Part shown: in pieces, positions 27,936 through 38,362 of the stretch
Numbering within the stretch: position 1 is the stretch's first letter
Layout of the letters: every line of letters starts with the position of its first letter
Assembly: GCA_028714035.1 (NCBI GenBank)
Contig: JAQTNA010000017.1
Coordinates: 6,750 to 70,749, forward strand
DNA: 64,000 nt
Reading direction: 5' to 3'
DNA from: Rhodocyclaceae bacterium
GTDB lineage: Bacteria; Pseudomonadota; Gammaproteobacteria; Burkholderiales; Rhodocyclaceae
The notes under the pieces: model-generated
Told to the model about the DNA's origin: nothing
Seen by the model: the letters and a program-made list of their open reading frames with translations, nothing else
Database searches by the model: none
Made by a program: the position numbers and the translations under genes

Positions 27936-30539
27936 TCATTCCACCCCGAACAGGGGGGCGCCGCGTGGATCGCTGATCCTGCCATAACCGCCGATGGAGC
28001 GGCGCAGGACTTCGCCGGGGTCAGACCCGAGCCGGGAAAAACCGTTCAACTCCAGTTGGAAAAACAGGGCGGTGGTCGTGGTCAGGGTGGTGGTCGCAAA
28101 GCGTTGCGCCACGGCGCGCGCGACCCAGCAGCCGCCATCGTATTCCACCCCCGCCAGGGCTTCCACCAGATTTCTGTCATGCAGGGAGTAATTGTAACGT
28201 CCCAGGCCATACCAGCGTCCATACAGGGGCCATTGGCCGGAGACATCGAAGTCGCGCAGGCCGTCGTTGGCACCAGGCACGGAGTCCCGCTTGAAACGGT
28301 AGCCGATGTTGGCGACCTTGAGCGCCTCGGGCTGGTAACGGCCTCCCAGGGTGAAACGCTGGGTCTGCCGCTCCTGTGCGTTGTACTGCCAGCCGGAATC
28401 CACGTAGGTCCGCGGCAGGATCGTGCCGGTGAAGGCGGCCAGGATATCGGCCTTGCTGCTGGTGCGCGGCGTCTCGCCAGGCAGGGTAACGCCCTGGTTG
28501 CGGAAATAGTAGCGCTGGCCGATGGCGGCCTGCATGGTCTGGGCACCGGTTTGCGAGTCAATGATGCGCGAGGTGAGGGCCGCGGTGAGCTGATTGGCGT
28601 CGGCGATACGATCGCTACCGGAATAGATGTTCTCGGCGAATATCTGGGCGAAGTTGAAATCTGCCAGGCCGGAGTCGAACACGGGGAACTTGCTCTGATC
28701 GCGGTAGGGCACGTACACGTAGTAGAGACGCGGCTCCAGGGTCTGGAGCAGGTTCCGGCCACCCCAGAGGATGTCCCGCTCAAGGACGAGATTGCTGTCC
28801 AGGCTGAAGATGGGCAGGTTGCGGGAGAAGGACGTGGCATCGCCCGGCGTCTGCACCCGGCTCATGCTGTAGCGCGTCACGTGGTACGCGATCTTGGGCG
28901 TGACGCTGATGCCGGAGTAAACCAGGGGCAGGGACAGCTGGGGGTAAAGGACCGTGCGTGAGCCTTCGGGACGGCTGAAGTTGGTCGGGTCCGAGACCAC
29001 GAAGTCATCGAAATTGCCGGAGAACGCGAAGGCCGTGCCGGCGATGAAGCTGGGCCGGTTGGCATACAGGGAGGCGGAGGGCAGGCGGTCGTAGGGGGGC
29101 GCCACCAGCGCCGCGGGATCCTGCAGGGTCTGGTAGCGCTGTATGCCCACCGATCCACCCCATCCGGGGGCGGCGTAGGACAGGCTGCCGCCGCGCAGGA
29201 AGGTGGTCTGGGCCGTGGTCGTGATGGCGGTGCCCAGGTCGGTAAAGTAGCGGTAGTCCGACGCGCCGCTGACGTTCAGGTTGGTGGAGAAGCCGCGGCC
29301 CAGCACCTGGTTGTGCTGAAAGGAATAGAAGCTGCGGTCTGCGCCATAAACCCGGTCCTGCGGCAGATAGTCGTAGCGGGCCATGCCGTTGTAGGTCGGT
29401 TCCAGGTAGCGGAACTCGGTACCCAGGAGCACGCCGCGCCGCGCCAGAACGCGCGGGGACAAGGTCGCGTCCATGTTGGGCGCGATGTTCCAGTAGTAGG
29501 GCAGGGTGGCATCCAGGCCGGAGGTGCTGGAAGTGCCCAGGGTCGGCGTGAGGAAGCCCGACTTCCTCGCGTTGGACAGGGAGAAATCGAGCATGGGCGC
29601 ATAGAGTATGGGCACGCCCTTGAATACCACCTTGCCGTTTCGGCCTTCGCCCACCAGGCGGGTGTAGTCCAGGAAAAGATCGTCGGCCTGGGTGTACCAG
29701 TCCGGGTTGCTCGGCGAACAGGTGGAATAGGAGCCCTTCTTCAGCCGGTAACGGTCTTCGCCGTCGAACTCCAGTCGTTCCGCGTGGCCGTAGCCCGTCG
29801 TCGCGGCGATGGCCTGCCCGGGTTGAGGGTCGGTCCTGAACACGTAGTCGGGTTGTTCAAAGAAGCCGGTTGCGGCATCCATCTTGCGCCGCATCCTGGG
29901 CCCGCTGATGAGGTTGCTGTCGGTGGTCAGGCGGACATGTCCTTCCGCATCCACCTCATCCTGGTCCTGGAAATAGCTGATGCGATCTGCCTTGAGGGTC
30001 TTGCCCGTCTGCCTCAGTTCCGCCGCGCCCTCCACCGTCACCTGGTTGTCGCCCACGCTGCGAATATTGTCTCCCGACAGGAAACTGGGGCGGGAGCCCT
30101 CCTTGGGTAGGGGCGTGATGCGCCCCGTGGGGGCCAGCGGGGCAAGGGGGAGGGGCGTGGAACCGCCGGTTCCCGTGGCTCCCAGGCTGCGTTCATCCTC
30201 CCGCCGGTTCGATCCCGGAAGCACTGCCTGGCTCGCGGCCGGAGCTCCCGCGCCGCCACCCGCAGGGGCGGAAGCGGCCGGCCGGCGTGCCGGCAAGGTG
30301 CCGGCGGGCTCGGTGGAAGAGGCCGGTTGGGGGGGGCGGGACTGCGCCATGGGCACTGGCGCCGGTTCCACCGGCACCACCCGCACGGTCCGTGCCGGCA
30401 TGGGCCCGAGCAGGCCCGGGTCCACCTGAAGCGGCGGCAGGCTTTCGGCGGCGGCAACATGGGGCTGCATGCCGGCCAGTCCGCCCGAAACGCAACAAAG
30501 CACTAGCGGGACCAGTTGCCCGCGCAGGGAATCCGCCAT
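27936..30539 (-). CDS. lptD: LPS assembly outer-membrane protein LptD
   Basis: 867 aa. Signal sequence, then a Pro/Ala-rich linker and a large beta-barrel. Family-typical segments include FLDYTRLVGEGRNGKVVFKGVPILYAPMLDFSL and a C-terminal ...FFQLELNGFSRLGS. It is upstream of surA. Confidence 0.93.
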   Translation of the reverse strand: MADSLRGQLVPLVLCCVSGGLAGMQPHVAAAESLPPLQVDPGLLGPMPARTVRVVPVEPAPVPMAQSRPPQPASSTEPAGTLPARRPAASAPAGGGAGAPAASQAVLPGSNRREDERSLGATGTGGSTPLPLAPLAPTGRITPLPKEGSRPSFLSGDNIRSVGDNQVTVEGAAELRQTGKTLKADRISYFQDQDEVDAEGHVRLTTDSNLISGPRMRRKMDAATGFFEQPDYVFRTDPQPGQAIAATTGYGHAERLEFDGEDRYRLKKGSYSTCSPSNPDWYTQADDLFLDYTRLVGEGRNGKVVFKGVPILYAPMLDFSLSNARKSGFLTPTLGTSSTSGLDATLPYYWNIAPNMDATLSPRVLARRGVLLGTEFRYLEPTYNGMARYDYLPQDRVYGADRSFYSFQHNQVLGRGFSTNLNVSGASDYRYFTDLGTAITTTAQTTFLRGGSLSYAAPGWGGSVGIQRYQTLQDPAALVAPPYDRLPSASLYANRPSFIAGTAFAFSGNFDDFVVSDPTNFSRPEGSRTVLYPQLSLPLVYSGISVTPKIAYHVTRYSMSRVQTPGDATSFSRNLPIFSLDSNLVLERDILWGGRNLLQTLEPRLYYVYVPYRDQSKFPVFDSGLADFNFAQIFAENIYSGSDRIADANQLTAALTSRIIDSQTGAQTMQAAIGQRYYFRNQGVTLPGETPRTSSKADILAAFTGTILPRTYVDSGWQYNAQERQTQRFTLGGRYQPEALKVANIGYRFKRDSVPGANDGLRDFDVSGQWPLYGRWYGLGRYNYSLHDRNLVEALAGVEYDGGCWVARAVAQRFATTTLTTTTALFFQLELNGFSRLGSDPGEVLRRSIGGYGRISDPRGAPLFGVE

Positions 30540-30676
30540 CGTCAGTCTATGATCTCGTGAAATAGGCCTCGATGGGTCTGCCGCTCGCGAGGCCGGTGAT
30601 CCATCAGGCTGCTAAAATGCGCGATTCTAGCATCAACATCTCAATAGCCCGTTACCGCCTCTCATCAGAGATACCC

Positions 30677-32487
<1,811 letters not shown>

Positions 32488-32615
32488 TCCGCGGATTTTT
32501 CAGGAAGCGGAGGGCTTTCTGTTTCAGATCGGCGGCAAAATCCGTCATGCCCCCGTAATCGCGGTAGACTTCCGCACCCACCGCGAAACGCGGAACCCTG
32601 AAACTCGCCGATACC

Positions 32616-32957
32616 ATGCCGACCCTTTCCGACGTTTTCCGCGACGCCGATGCGCACTCGCTGCTTGCCTTTTTTGATTCCCTGGACCTGGACCTTTTCG
32701 AGAAAAAGCTCTTCGAGAAGAACGGCAAGCCCTATCTCACCTGCCTTGCCACGGGCAAGGAGAAACAGGCCAAGCCCGAGGGGCGTGAAGCAAAACCCGC
32801 CAACGGTACACGCCCGTATCTGACGGCTGAACACCTTGTCCTGACCCGCGGCCGACAGTGCCATGCGGCAATCATCCACACCCCGCACCTACCTATACAA
32901 CGCTCTTCCCGCAAAAACAGCCTCCCCGGAAAACTTCGCGTAGAATCCGCCGGTTGA
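32616..32957 (+). CDS. orphan ORF, possibly a gene remnant; function unknown
   Basis: 113 aa and GC-rich. Only the first 55 or so residues look protein-like (MPTLSDVFRDADAHSLLAFFDSLDLDLFEKKLFEKNGKPYLTCLATGKEKQAKPE). The rest is low-complexity and basic. No RBS or family was recognised. Confidence 0.25.
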   Translation: MPTLSDVFRDADAHSLLAFFDSLDLDLFEKKLFEKNGKPYLTCLATGKEKQAKPEGREAKPANGTRPYLTAEHLVLTRGRQCHAAIIHTPHLPIQRSSRKNSLPGKLRVESAG

Positions 32958-32986
32958 ATTTACTTGTAGCACATTGGAGTTTATTG

Positions 32987-34327
32987 ATGAATTACCTTGA
33001 GGCGATTGCGACTGCGACTGCGACTGCGCCTGCGGAGCATCTCGCCAGAACCAAGGCCCGGCTGGCTGACCTTTACAGGCGAGATTCGCGCCCATGGATC
33101 GTAGCCTTTTCGGGTGGAAAAGACTCCACGTTGTTACTCCAACTTGTCTATGAGTTGCTGTTGGAGTTAGGGAAGCAAGCCGGAAAAACCGTGCACGTAG
33201 TCTCGTCGGACACCGGCGTTGAGGCTCCCAATGTCAGTGCCTACCTAGCTAGAACTTTGGAGTGCATTGCTCACGGAGCGCAAGAGGCCGGACTTCCTTT
33301 TCAGGTGCACTTGGTAAAACCCGCCCCGCATGAGAGCTTTTGGGCAAAGCTCATCGGTGCCGGGTACCCGTCGCCAACGCGCTGGTTCCGCTGGTGTACG
33401 ACCACGATGAAAATTCGGCCTACACGGCGCATCATAGAAAAAATTACCCAACATGACGGTAGTGTTATCCTTCTGCTTGGCACTAGGGTTGATGAGAGCA
33501 GTGACCGTGGCAAGAGGATTCAAAACCGTCAAAGCACGGCAGATGGATTGAATCCGCATCATGAAATTCCCAACGCCTTGGTCGCTACCCCCATCGTAGA
33601 TTGGTCAACCGAGGAGGTATGGGATTACCTGTTTTCCCACAACCCACCTCCATGGGGAGGGCGCCACGATTTCTTGCTGGAACTCTATCGGCAGGCGGCT
33701 GGCGGAGAATGTCCCGTTGTCTTCGATCTTTCAACTCCCTCTTGTGGCGGCAGTCGTTTTGGCTGCTGGACCTGCACTGTGGTCAAGGAAGACAAGTCAA
33801 TGCAAGGATTCATCCAATCCGGTGAAGTCCAATTTGCTCCGTTGAATGATTTTCGGGATAAGTTGAAGCGAGTTCGAGAATTGCAAGACTGGCGCTCCCC
33901 TCGAAAGAAGGACGGCACAGCCGGCCCTGGCCCTTTTCGCCCAGAGAGGCGGGTTGAACTTTTTCGAGAGCTGTTGGCCCTGGAAAAACAGGTTGGTGAA
34001 AGACTCATAAGCGATGAGGAAATTCATGGAATCCAGGAGCTTTGGACCCGCGAATTTGATTTGAGCGGAACGGCGTTAAAGCTGGCGGCAGAATTTGGGA
34101 GGCGCGTGGAAACGATGGACGAGCTTGATCATCCCCCCCTGGAACAGCAAGTTCTGGACGAATTGCTTGCTGCCGGCGACCTTGAGCCAGATCTTATAGA
34201 CCGACTGTTAAGCCTTGTACTAAGGGAGTACCCAGACCTGACGGTCTGGGGTTCGAAGGCGGCCTTGGAACGTGAAATTGCTCAGGCCATCGCCGCTTCG
34301 GTCGAGCGCCAAGGAGGAACAGCATGA
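32987..34327 (+). CDS. dndC: DNA phosphorothioation system sulfurtransferase DndC (PAPS-reductase/ATP-pyrophosphatase fold)
   Basis: Track ORF 32858..34327 is trimmed to ATG 32987 (GGAG RBS 7 nt upstream). PP-loop WIVAFSGGKDSTLLLQL and RWCTTTMKIRP. The C-terminal Cys cluster is ECPVVFDLSTPSCGGSRFGCWTCTVV. These are the DndC hallmarks. Confidence 0.92.
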   Translation: MNYLEAIATATATAPAEHLARTKARLADLYRRDSRPWIVAFSGGKDSTLLLQLVYELLLELGKQAGKTVHVVSSDTGVEAPNVSAYLARTLECIAHGAQEAGLPFQVHLVKPAPHESFWAKLIGAGYPSPTRWFRWCTTTMKIRPTRRIIEKITQHDGSVILLLGTRVDESSDRGKRIQNRQSTADGLNPHHEIPNALVATPIVDWSTEEVWDYLFSHNPPPWGGRHDFLLELYRQAAGGECPVVFDLSTPSCGGSRFGCWTCTVVKEDKSMQGFIQSGEVQFAPLNDFRDKLKRVRELQDWRSPRKKDGTAGPGPFRPERRVELFRELLALEKQVGERLISDEEIHGIQELWTREFDLSGTALKLAAEFGRRVETMDELDHPPLEQQVLDELLAAGDLEPDLIDRLLSLVLREYPDLTVWGSKAALEREIAQAIAASVERQGGTA

Positions 34328-36366
34328 TTTTTCGCCGGCTTTTCCTTGAAAACATCTTCTCATATCGCCATGCAGAGTTCGATTTCGGGGGTGAAACCGC
34401 CGACAAGAACATAGTTCTCATATTTGGCCGCAACGGATACGGAAAAACCAGTCTCACGAACGCCATTAAATTGCTTTTTGCCGGCCCTAATGACGACATG
34501 CGTTCTTCCATTTTGCCTGGTGCGAAACCAAAGGCTGATGAGTACGTGCTTGGCATGGGTGACGAATGGATGGGGATTTTTAACGCTCATGCACGGCGGG
34601 ACGGCGAACGCGACTGCTGGGTACGCCTTGTTTTCGAAGAAAGCGGCGTCGAGGTAGAAGTCGAGCGACGCTGGTCCATCATGGACGGTGGTTACAAGGA
34701 AGAACTGAAAATAGACATTCATGGCGACGCCACTCGCCATCTTGTCGACGAGGACGCGCAGCATTTTCTGAATGAACGCCTCCCCGAAGACTATCTTCCG
34801 TTCTTTTTCTTCGATGGCGAGCAAATTCAGCGCTTAGCGGAGGCGAACCGTAGCCAAACCACAAGGGAAATCGAGCGACTGTTACAACTTTCGCCAGTCG
34901 ACACCTTGGCGGAATATCTCGAAAAAGTTGCGCGAGCTTGGCGCAACAGCGATATGCCCAGCCATGTCAAGGCGGTGCTTGCACGGCTGGAGCGAGAACG
35001 GGCCGAACTGGAGGCTAGGGCGGCCGAAGCGACTGACCGGCAAGAAGTCCTGACGCTTGAGCGCGAAGATCTAGAACGTTTGATCGAACAGGAAGACCTT
35101 TATCTCGATAGCCGCCGAACCGGCCAACTCGTCGCCGCAGAGGGGCCGCTAAGAGTAGAGCATCAGCAACGCCGCGAGGAACTAGAGGTTTTGCAGCTTA
35201 GAATCGCTGAGGCATTGCCAACGAATGCTTTTCTGTTGGCTAATTCCGGCTTGGTTAGTAAGGCAGTTGAGGATATCAAGAAGTTATTTGATAATCCATC
35301 AGGAGCTCAAGCCGAAATCCTTCAGGATATTTACAACAGTCTGCCAACCGATTTATTCAAGTCGCCGCATCCTTCCCCTTTGCTCACTGAAAATCAGGTG
35401 CGTTTCTATAGGGAGCGCCTTGCGCATCTATTGCAGGCTTACATACCTAGCCCCGGCATGATCAGCGACGGTGTAATACAACTTGAAACCTCTCGCGCCC
35501 GCCAATTGCTGACGCTCTTGGAACATGCATTACAGTCCTCGCAAGAACGTGATGACCGAGTTATGCAACTCAGAGAAGCAGTACGTCTCAAGAACCATAT
35601 TCGAACGATACAGGATAAGCTGGACGACATAAGCAGCATGCCCAACGAGGAGCAGCAGGAGTACATCGAGCGGAAGGCTGATAACAACCGGCGCCGCGAA
35701 AGAATTGGCGCCATTGGAAAAGAACACGAAGAAGTTGATAAATCGCTACGGGATTTTGCAAACAAAATTGAAGCCAAAGGTAACGAAATACGCGCTCAGG
35801 AAAAGAAGGTTTCTGTCAGCGAGAAAAACCGCCGTAAGCTTGACCGTACGGAAGCTTTGAAACGGTTTTTCGCCCGCTATAAGAATGAACTTAAAAAGAC
35901 AAAACGAGCAGCCATCGAAGAAGCGATTAATCGTCGTTTCCGAGAGTTAATGACTAGTCATGGATTGATCGCGCATATTCGGGTGGATGAGTTTTTTGGC
36001 GTTCATTATTTGGATGCGCAGGGAAATCCGGTGGGAATGGCGAGCATTTCAGCAGGCATGAAGCAATTAGCGGCAACGGCGTTGTTATGGGCTCTCAAGG
36101 AGGTTTCGGAGAAGGACGTTCCTATCGTGATTGACACGCCCCTTGCGCGTATTGACCGCCAGCATCAAGAAAATCTCTTGACCCGCTACTACCCGCAAGC
36201 AGGGAAGCAGATCATTATCCTTCCCACGGACGCTGAAATTGACCGAGAAAAGCATGCATTGATTGCGCCAAGGATATATAGGGAATATTTGCTTGAAAAT
36301 TCAGATGGTCAAGACACGAAGGTAGTTGAGGCGCCTATCTTCCCTGCGGAGAATAGCCATGTCTGA
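34324..36366 (+). CDS. dndD: DNA sulfur modification protein DndD (SMC/ABC-like ATPase)
   Basis: 680 aa. An ATGA overlap joins it to dndC. N-terminus MIFRRLFLENIFSYRH... with Walker A FGRNGYGKTS. It has a long central coiled coil, signature SAGMKQL, and Walker B/D-loop PIVIDTPLARID. Confidence 0.92.
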   Translation: MIFRRLFLENIFSYRHAEFDFGGETADKNIVLIFGRNGYGKTSLTNAIKLLFAGPNDDMRSSILPGAKPKADEYVLGMGDEWMGIFNAHARRDGERDCWVRLVFEESGVEVEVERRWSIMDGGYKEELKIDIHGDATRHLVDEDAQHFLNERLPEDYLPFFFFDGEQIQRLAEANRSQTTREIERLLQLSPVDTLAEYLEKVARAWRNSDMPSHVKAVLARLERERAELEARAAEATDRQEVLTLEREDLERLIEQEDLYLDSRRTGQLVAAEGPLRVEHQQRREELEVLQLRIAEALPTNAFLLANSGLVSKAVEDIKKLFDNPSGAQAEILQDIYNSLPTDLFKSPHPSPLLTENQVRFYRERLAHLLQAYIPSPGMISDGVIQLETSRARQLLTLLEHALQSSQERDDRVMQLREAVRLKNHIRTIQDKLDDISSMPNEEQQEYIERKADNNRRRERIGAIGKEHEEVDKSLRDFANKIEAKGNEIRAQEKKVSVSEKNRRKLDRTEALKRFFARYKNELKKTKRAAIEEAINRRFRELMTSHGLIAHIRVDEFFGVHYLDAQGNPVGMASISAGMKQLAATALLWALKEVSEKDVPIVIDTPLARIDRQHQENLLTRYYPQAGKQIIILPTDAEIDREKHALIAPRIYREYLLENSDGQDTKVVEAPIFPAENSHV

Positions 36367-37876
36367 TATCAGCATCGGAGCATTGGACGAACAGACTATT
36401 GAGCGAGTTATTGAGCAAGGGTTGGGAGTCCGGGCAAAAAGGGACGCCAGAAAATGGGTTGCGCTGAGGCTTGCGCTTGCCGCCTCGTTGCGACTACCTA
36501 CGCCGCCGGATGAATCCCTCGATCACATTGAGGATCGCAAGGGCGGCAATAGTTATCATCTAGAACAGGTGACAGGCAAAGGGTTGCGACATGAAGATGG
36601 CGAACCGAGGCAGGATTATGACGACACTGCTTGCGCTCTGCTATCTATTTTCCATCAAATGAATCTGTTTGATGACTATGCGGCTTATAGGCGCTTTTTA
36701 CAGCGACATATCCGCCGTGGCCTCCGGGAGTTTCGAACAGGTTGGCGCGATTCTCATGACTTTCATGAATTCTTGTTTCAAGAGCTTTTCTCCGGTGAAT
36801 CAAGACACGCGGTCGACGATGGATTAGTAGACCGTCTTTCAGGCGCGCTGGAAGAAATCGGTATTACGGCAGAGACTCGTCGCGTTGTAGAAGGTCCGCG
36901 CCTGACCCGCTTTTTTCTCTATTTACCGTCAGCGGACGATCTTGCTCCCATTACGAGGGGTTTGGGGAAATTGGGGCATATTCTTGGCTTGGGGGCTCAG
37001 AACGCCTTCCTCACCCATACGGATGAACCAAAGGTCATCGCACTGGATATACCTAGAAGGCAGGACACTTGGTCCACTGTCATGGGCTATCAGTTGGCCG
37101 ATTGGGCAGATAAATATGAAGGAGATTTTCTCCTGCCAGTATGGCCAGGGGTGGACGTTATTGGCAACCCATTCGTGCTTGATCTCGCTGTTGCGCCCCA
37201 TTTATTGGTTGGTGGAACTACTGGCAGTGGGAAGAGCGTTTGTCTTAATGCGCTGATAGTGTCTTTGCTTCGGGGGCCGAGTCGAGAGCGGCTACAGCTT
37301 TGCCTCATTGACCCAAAACGCGTCGAGTTCGAACCATATAGGCGGCTGGAGGGGCTTTTCGGTGGAGAAGTAATCACTGAAGCCCAGGAGGCGCGTGCCG
37401 TGCTTCTACAATTGGTCGTAGAGATGGAAACGCGTACCCAATTATTGGCTCAAGTCGGCGCACGTGACTTGGCTGAAGCGCACCAACACGGGGTGATGCT
37501 CGACGTACTGCGTATTGTGGTAGTGGTAGAAGAGCTTGCTGATTTGCTGATGCAGGACGAAGATGCCGAAATGCCGCTTGTACGTCTTGCCGGAAAGGCA
37601 AGGGCTTCCGGTATTCATTTGGTACTTGCGACCCAACGGCCTGACGCAGCGACCTTTTCGGGGCTATTGCGCTCCAATATTCCAAGCAGAATTGCGCTCA
37701 CGGTGCAGAAAGCGTCGGAGTCCAAGATTATTTTGGACGAAACAGGGGCGGATCATCTTACCGGGCAAGGTGACATGTTGATAAAAACGGCCCAGGGGAC
37801 GACCCGCGTTCACGGTGTAAAGGTCAGCACGGATGATATTGCCAGTGCTATTAGCCGTTACCAGCGAAACGGATAA
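36359..37876 (+). CDS. FtsK/SpoIIIE-family DNA translocase ATPase with an N-terminal DndE-like domain (putative DndE-FtsK fusion)
   Basis: Track ORF 36326..37876 is trimmed to ATG 36359, giving an 8-nt overlap with dndD. The C-terminal 350 or so aa contain the FtsK alpha/beta motor: GPRLTRFFL, IALDIPRR, Walker A LVGGTTGSGKSV, Walker B VVVVEELADLLM, HLVLATQRPD, RIALTVQKASESKIILDETGADHLTGQGDML. The N-terminal 140 or so aa (RKWVALRLALAASLRLPTPPDE...GGNSYHLEQVTGKG...RRFLQRHIRRGLREF) fit the DndE pattern. That assignment is pattern-level only. Confidence 0.85.
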   Translation: MSDISIGALDEQTIERVIEQGLGVRAKRDARKWVALRLALAASLRLPTPPDESLDHIEDRKGGNSYHLEQVTGKGLRHEDGEPRQDYDDTACALLSIFHQMNLFDDYAAYRRFLQRHIRRGLREFRTGWRDSHDFHEFLFQELFSGESRHAVDDGLVDRLSGALEEIGITAETRRVVEGPRLTRFFLYLPSADDLAPITRGLGKLGHILGLGAQNAFLTHTDEPKVIALDIPRRQDTWSTVMGYQLADWADKYEGDFLLPVWPGVDVIGNPFVLDLAVAPHLLVGGTTGSGKSVCLNALIVSLLRGPSRERLQLCLIDPKRVEFEPYRRLEGLFGGEVITEAQEARAVLLQLVVEMETRTQLLAQVGARDLAEAHQHGVMLDVLRIVVVVEELADLLMQDEDAEMPLVRLAGKARASGIHLVLATQRPDAATFSGLLRSNIPSRIALTVQKASESKIILDETGADHLTGQGDMLIKTAQGTTRVHGVKVSTDDIASAISRYQRNG

Positions 37877-38098
37877 ACTTCGCCGCTTTGATAGGAACGC
37901 AACGAACGGCTCCGGCGAGTGGTAGAACGTCATTTTATCCAGCCGTTTGCGCGCCTCCAACCTACTGGAAGCCGCCAAGCGCGCCGTGGAAATCGCGATA
38001 GAATCGGGCGAGACGCCCGCCATCAAGTTTCTGGCCGAAGCCTCGAAAGGAAAGTCTTCATGAACCAAAACCTGCCGACCTTTTGATCTGGACGCCTC

Positions 38099-38362
38099 AT
38101 GCCAACCATCAGTCAGTTTTTCGGCATCCTGATTTACATGTATATTCGCGGCGAGCACAATCCGCCGCATTTTCATGCGCTTTACGCCGAGCATGAAGCC
38201 CTGATTGACATTCAGACCCTCCAGGTCATTGGCGGCAGCCTGCCGCGCCGGGCCTTGGTCATGGTGCTGGAGTGGGCCAATGAACACCGTGCGGAATTGA
38301 TGGAGGACTGGAAATTATGCCGAGCGAAACAGTTGCCCAAACCCATCGAGCCCCTGGAGTGA
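38099..38362 (+). CDS. DUF4160 domain-containing protein
   Basis: 87 aa. MPTISQFFGILIYMYIRGEHNPPHFHALY is the DUF4160 hallmark. It is paired with a DUF2442 gene, which is the usual two-gene arrangement. Confidence 0.85.
   Translation: MPTISQFFGILIYMYIRGEHNPPHFHALYAEHEALIDIQTLQVIGGSLPRRALVMVLEWANEHRAELMEDWKLCRAKQLPKPIEPLE

Noticed and set aside
32563-32597. A second terminus that would make 32456-32597 a complete degenerate MITE copy
   Set aside because: Hand alignment of ACTTCCGCACCCACCGCGAAACGCGGAACCCTGAAA to the family terminus is poor. I could not support it, so only the left terminus (32456-32487) is reported.
37877-38098. Possible small ORF ending at TGA 38060-38062 (…NLLEAAKRAVEIAIESGETPAIKFLAEASKGKSS)
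   Set aside because: It has fewer than 40 codons, only a TTG candidate start, no RBS and no recognisable family. It may be a remnant of an antitoxin-like gene, but it is not supportable as a feature.
37664-38287. 207-aa minus-strand ORF in the spacer after the FtsK-like gene
   Set aside because: It overlaps the 3' end of the FtsK-like gene and the DUF4160 gene in antisense. It shows no motifs and no RBS. The plus-strand genes explain the region better.
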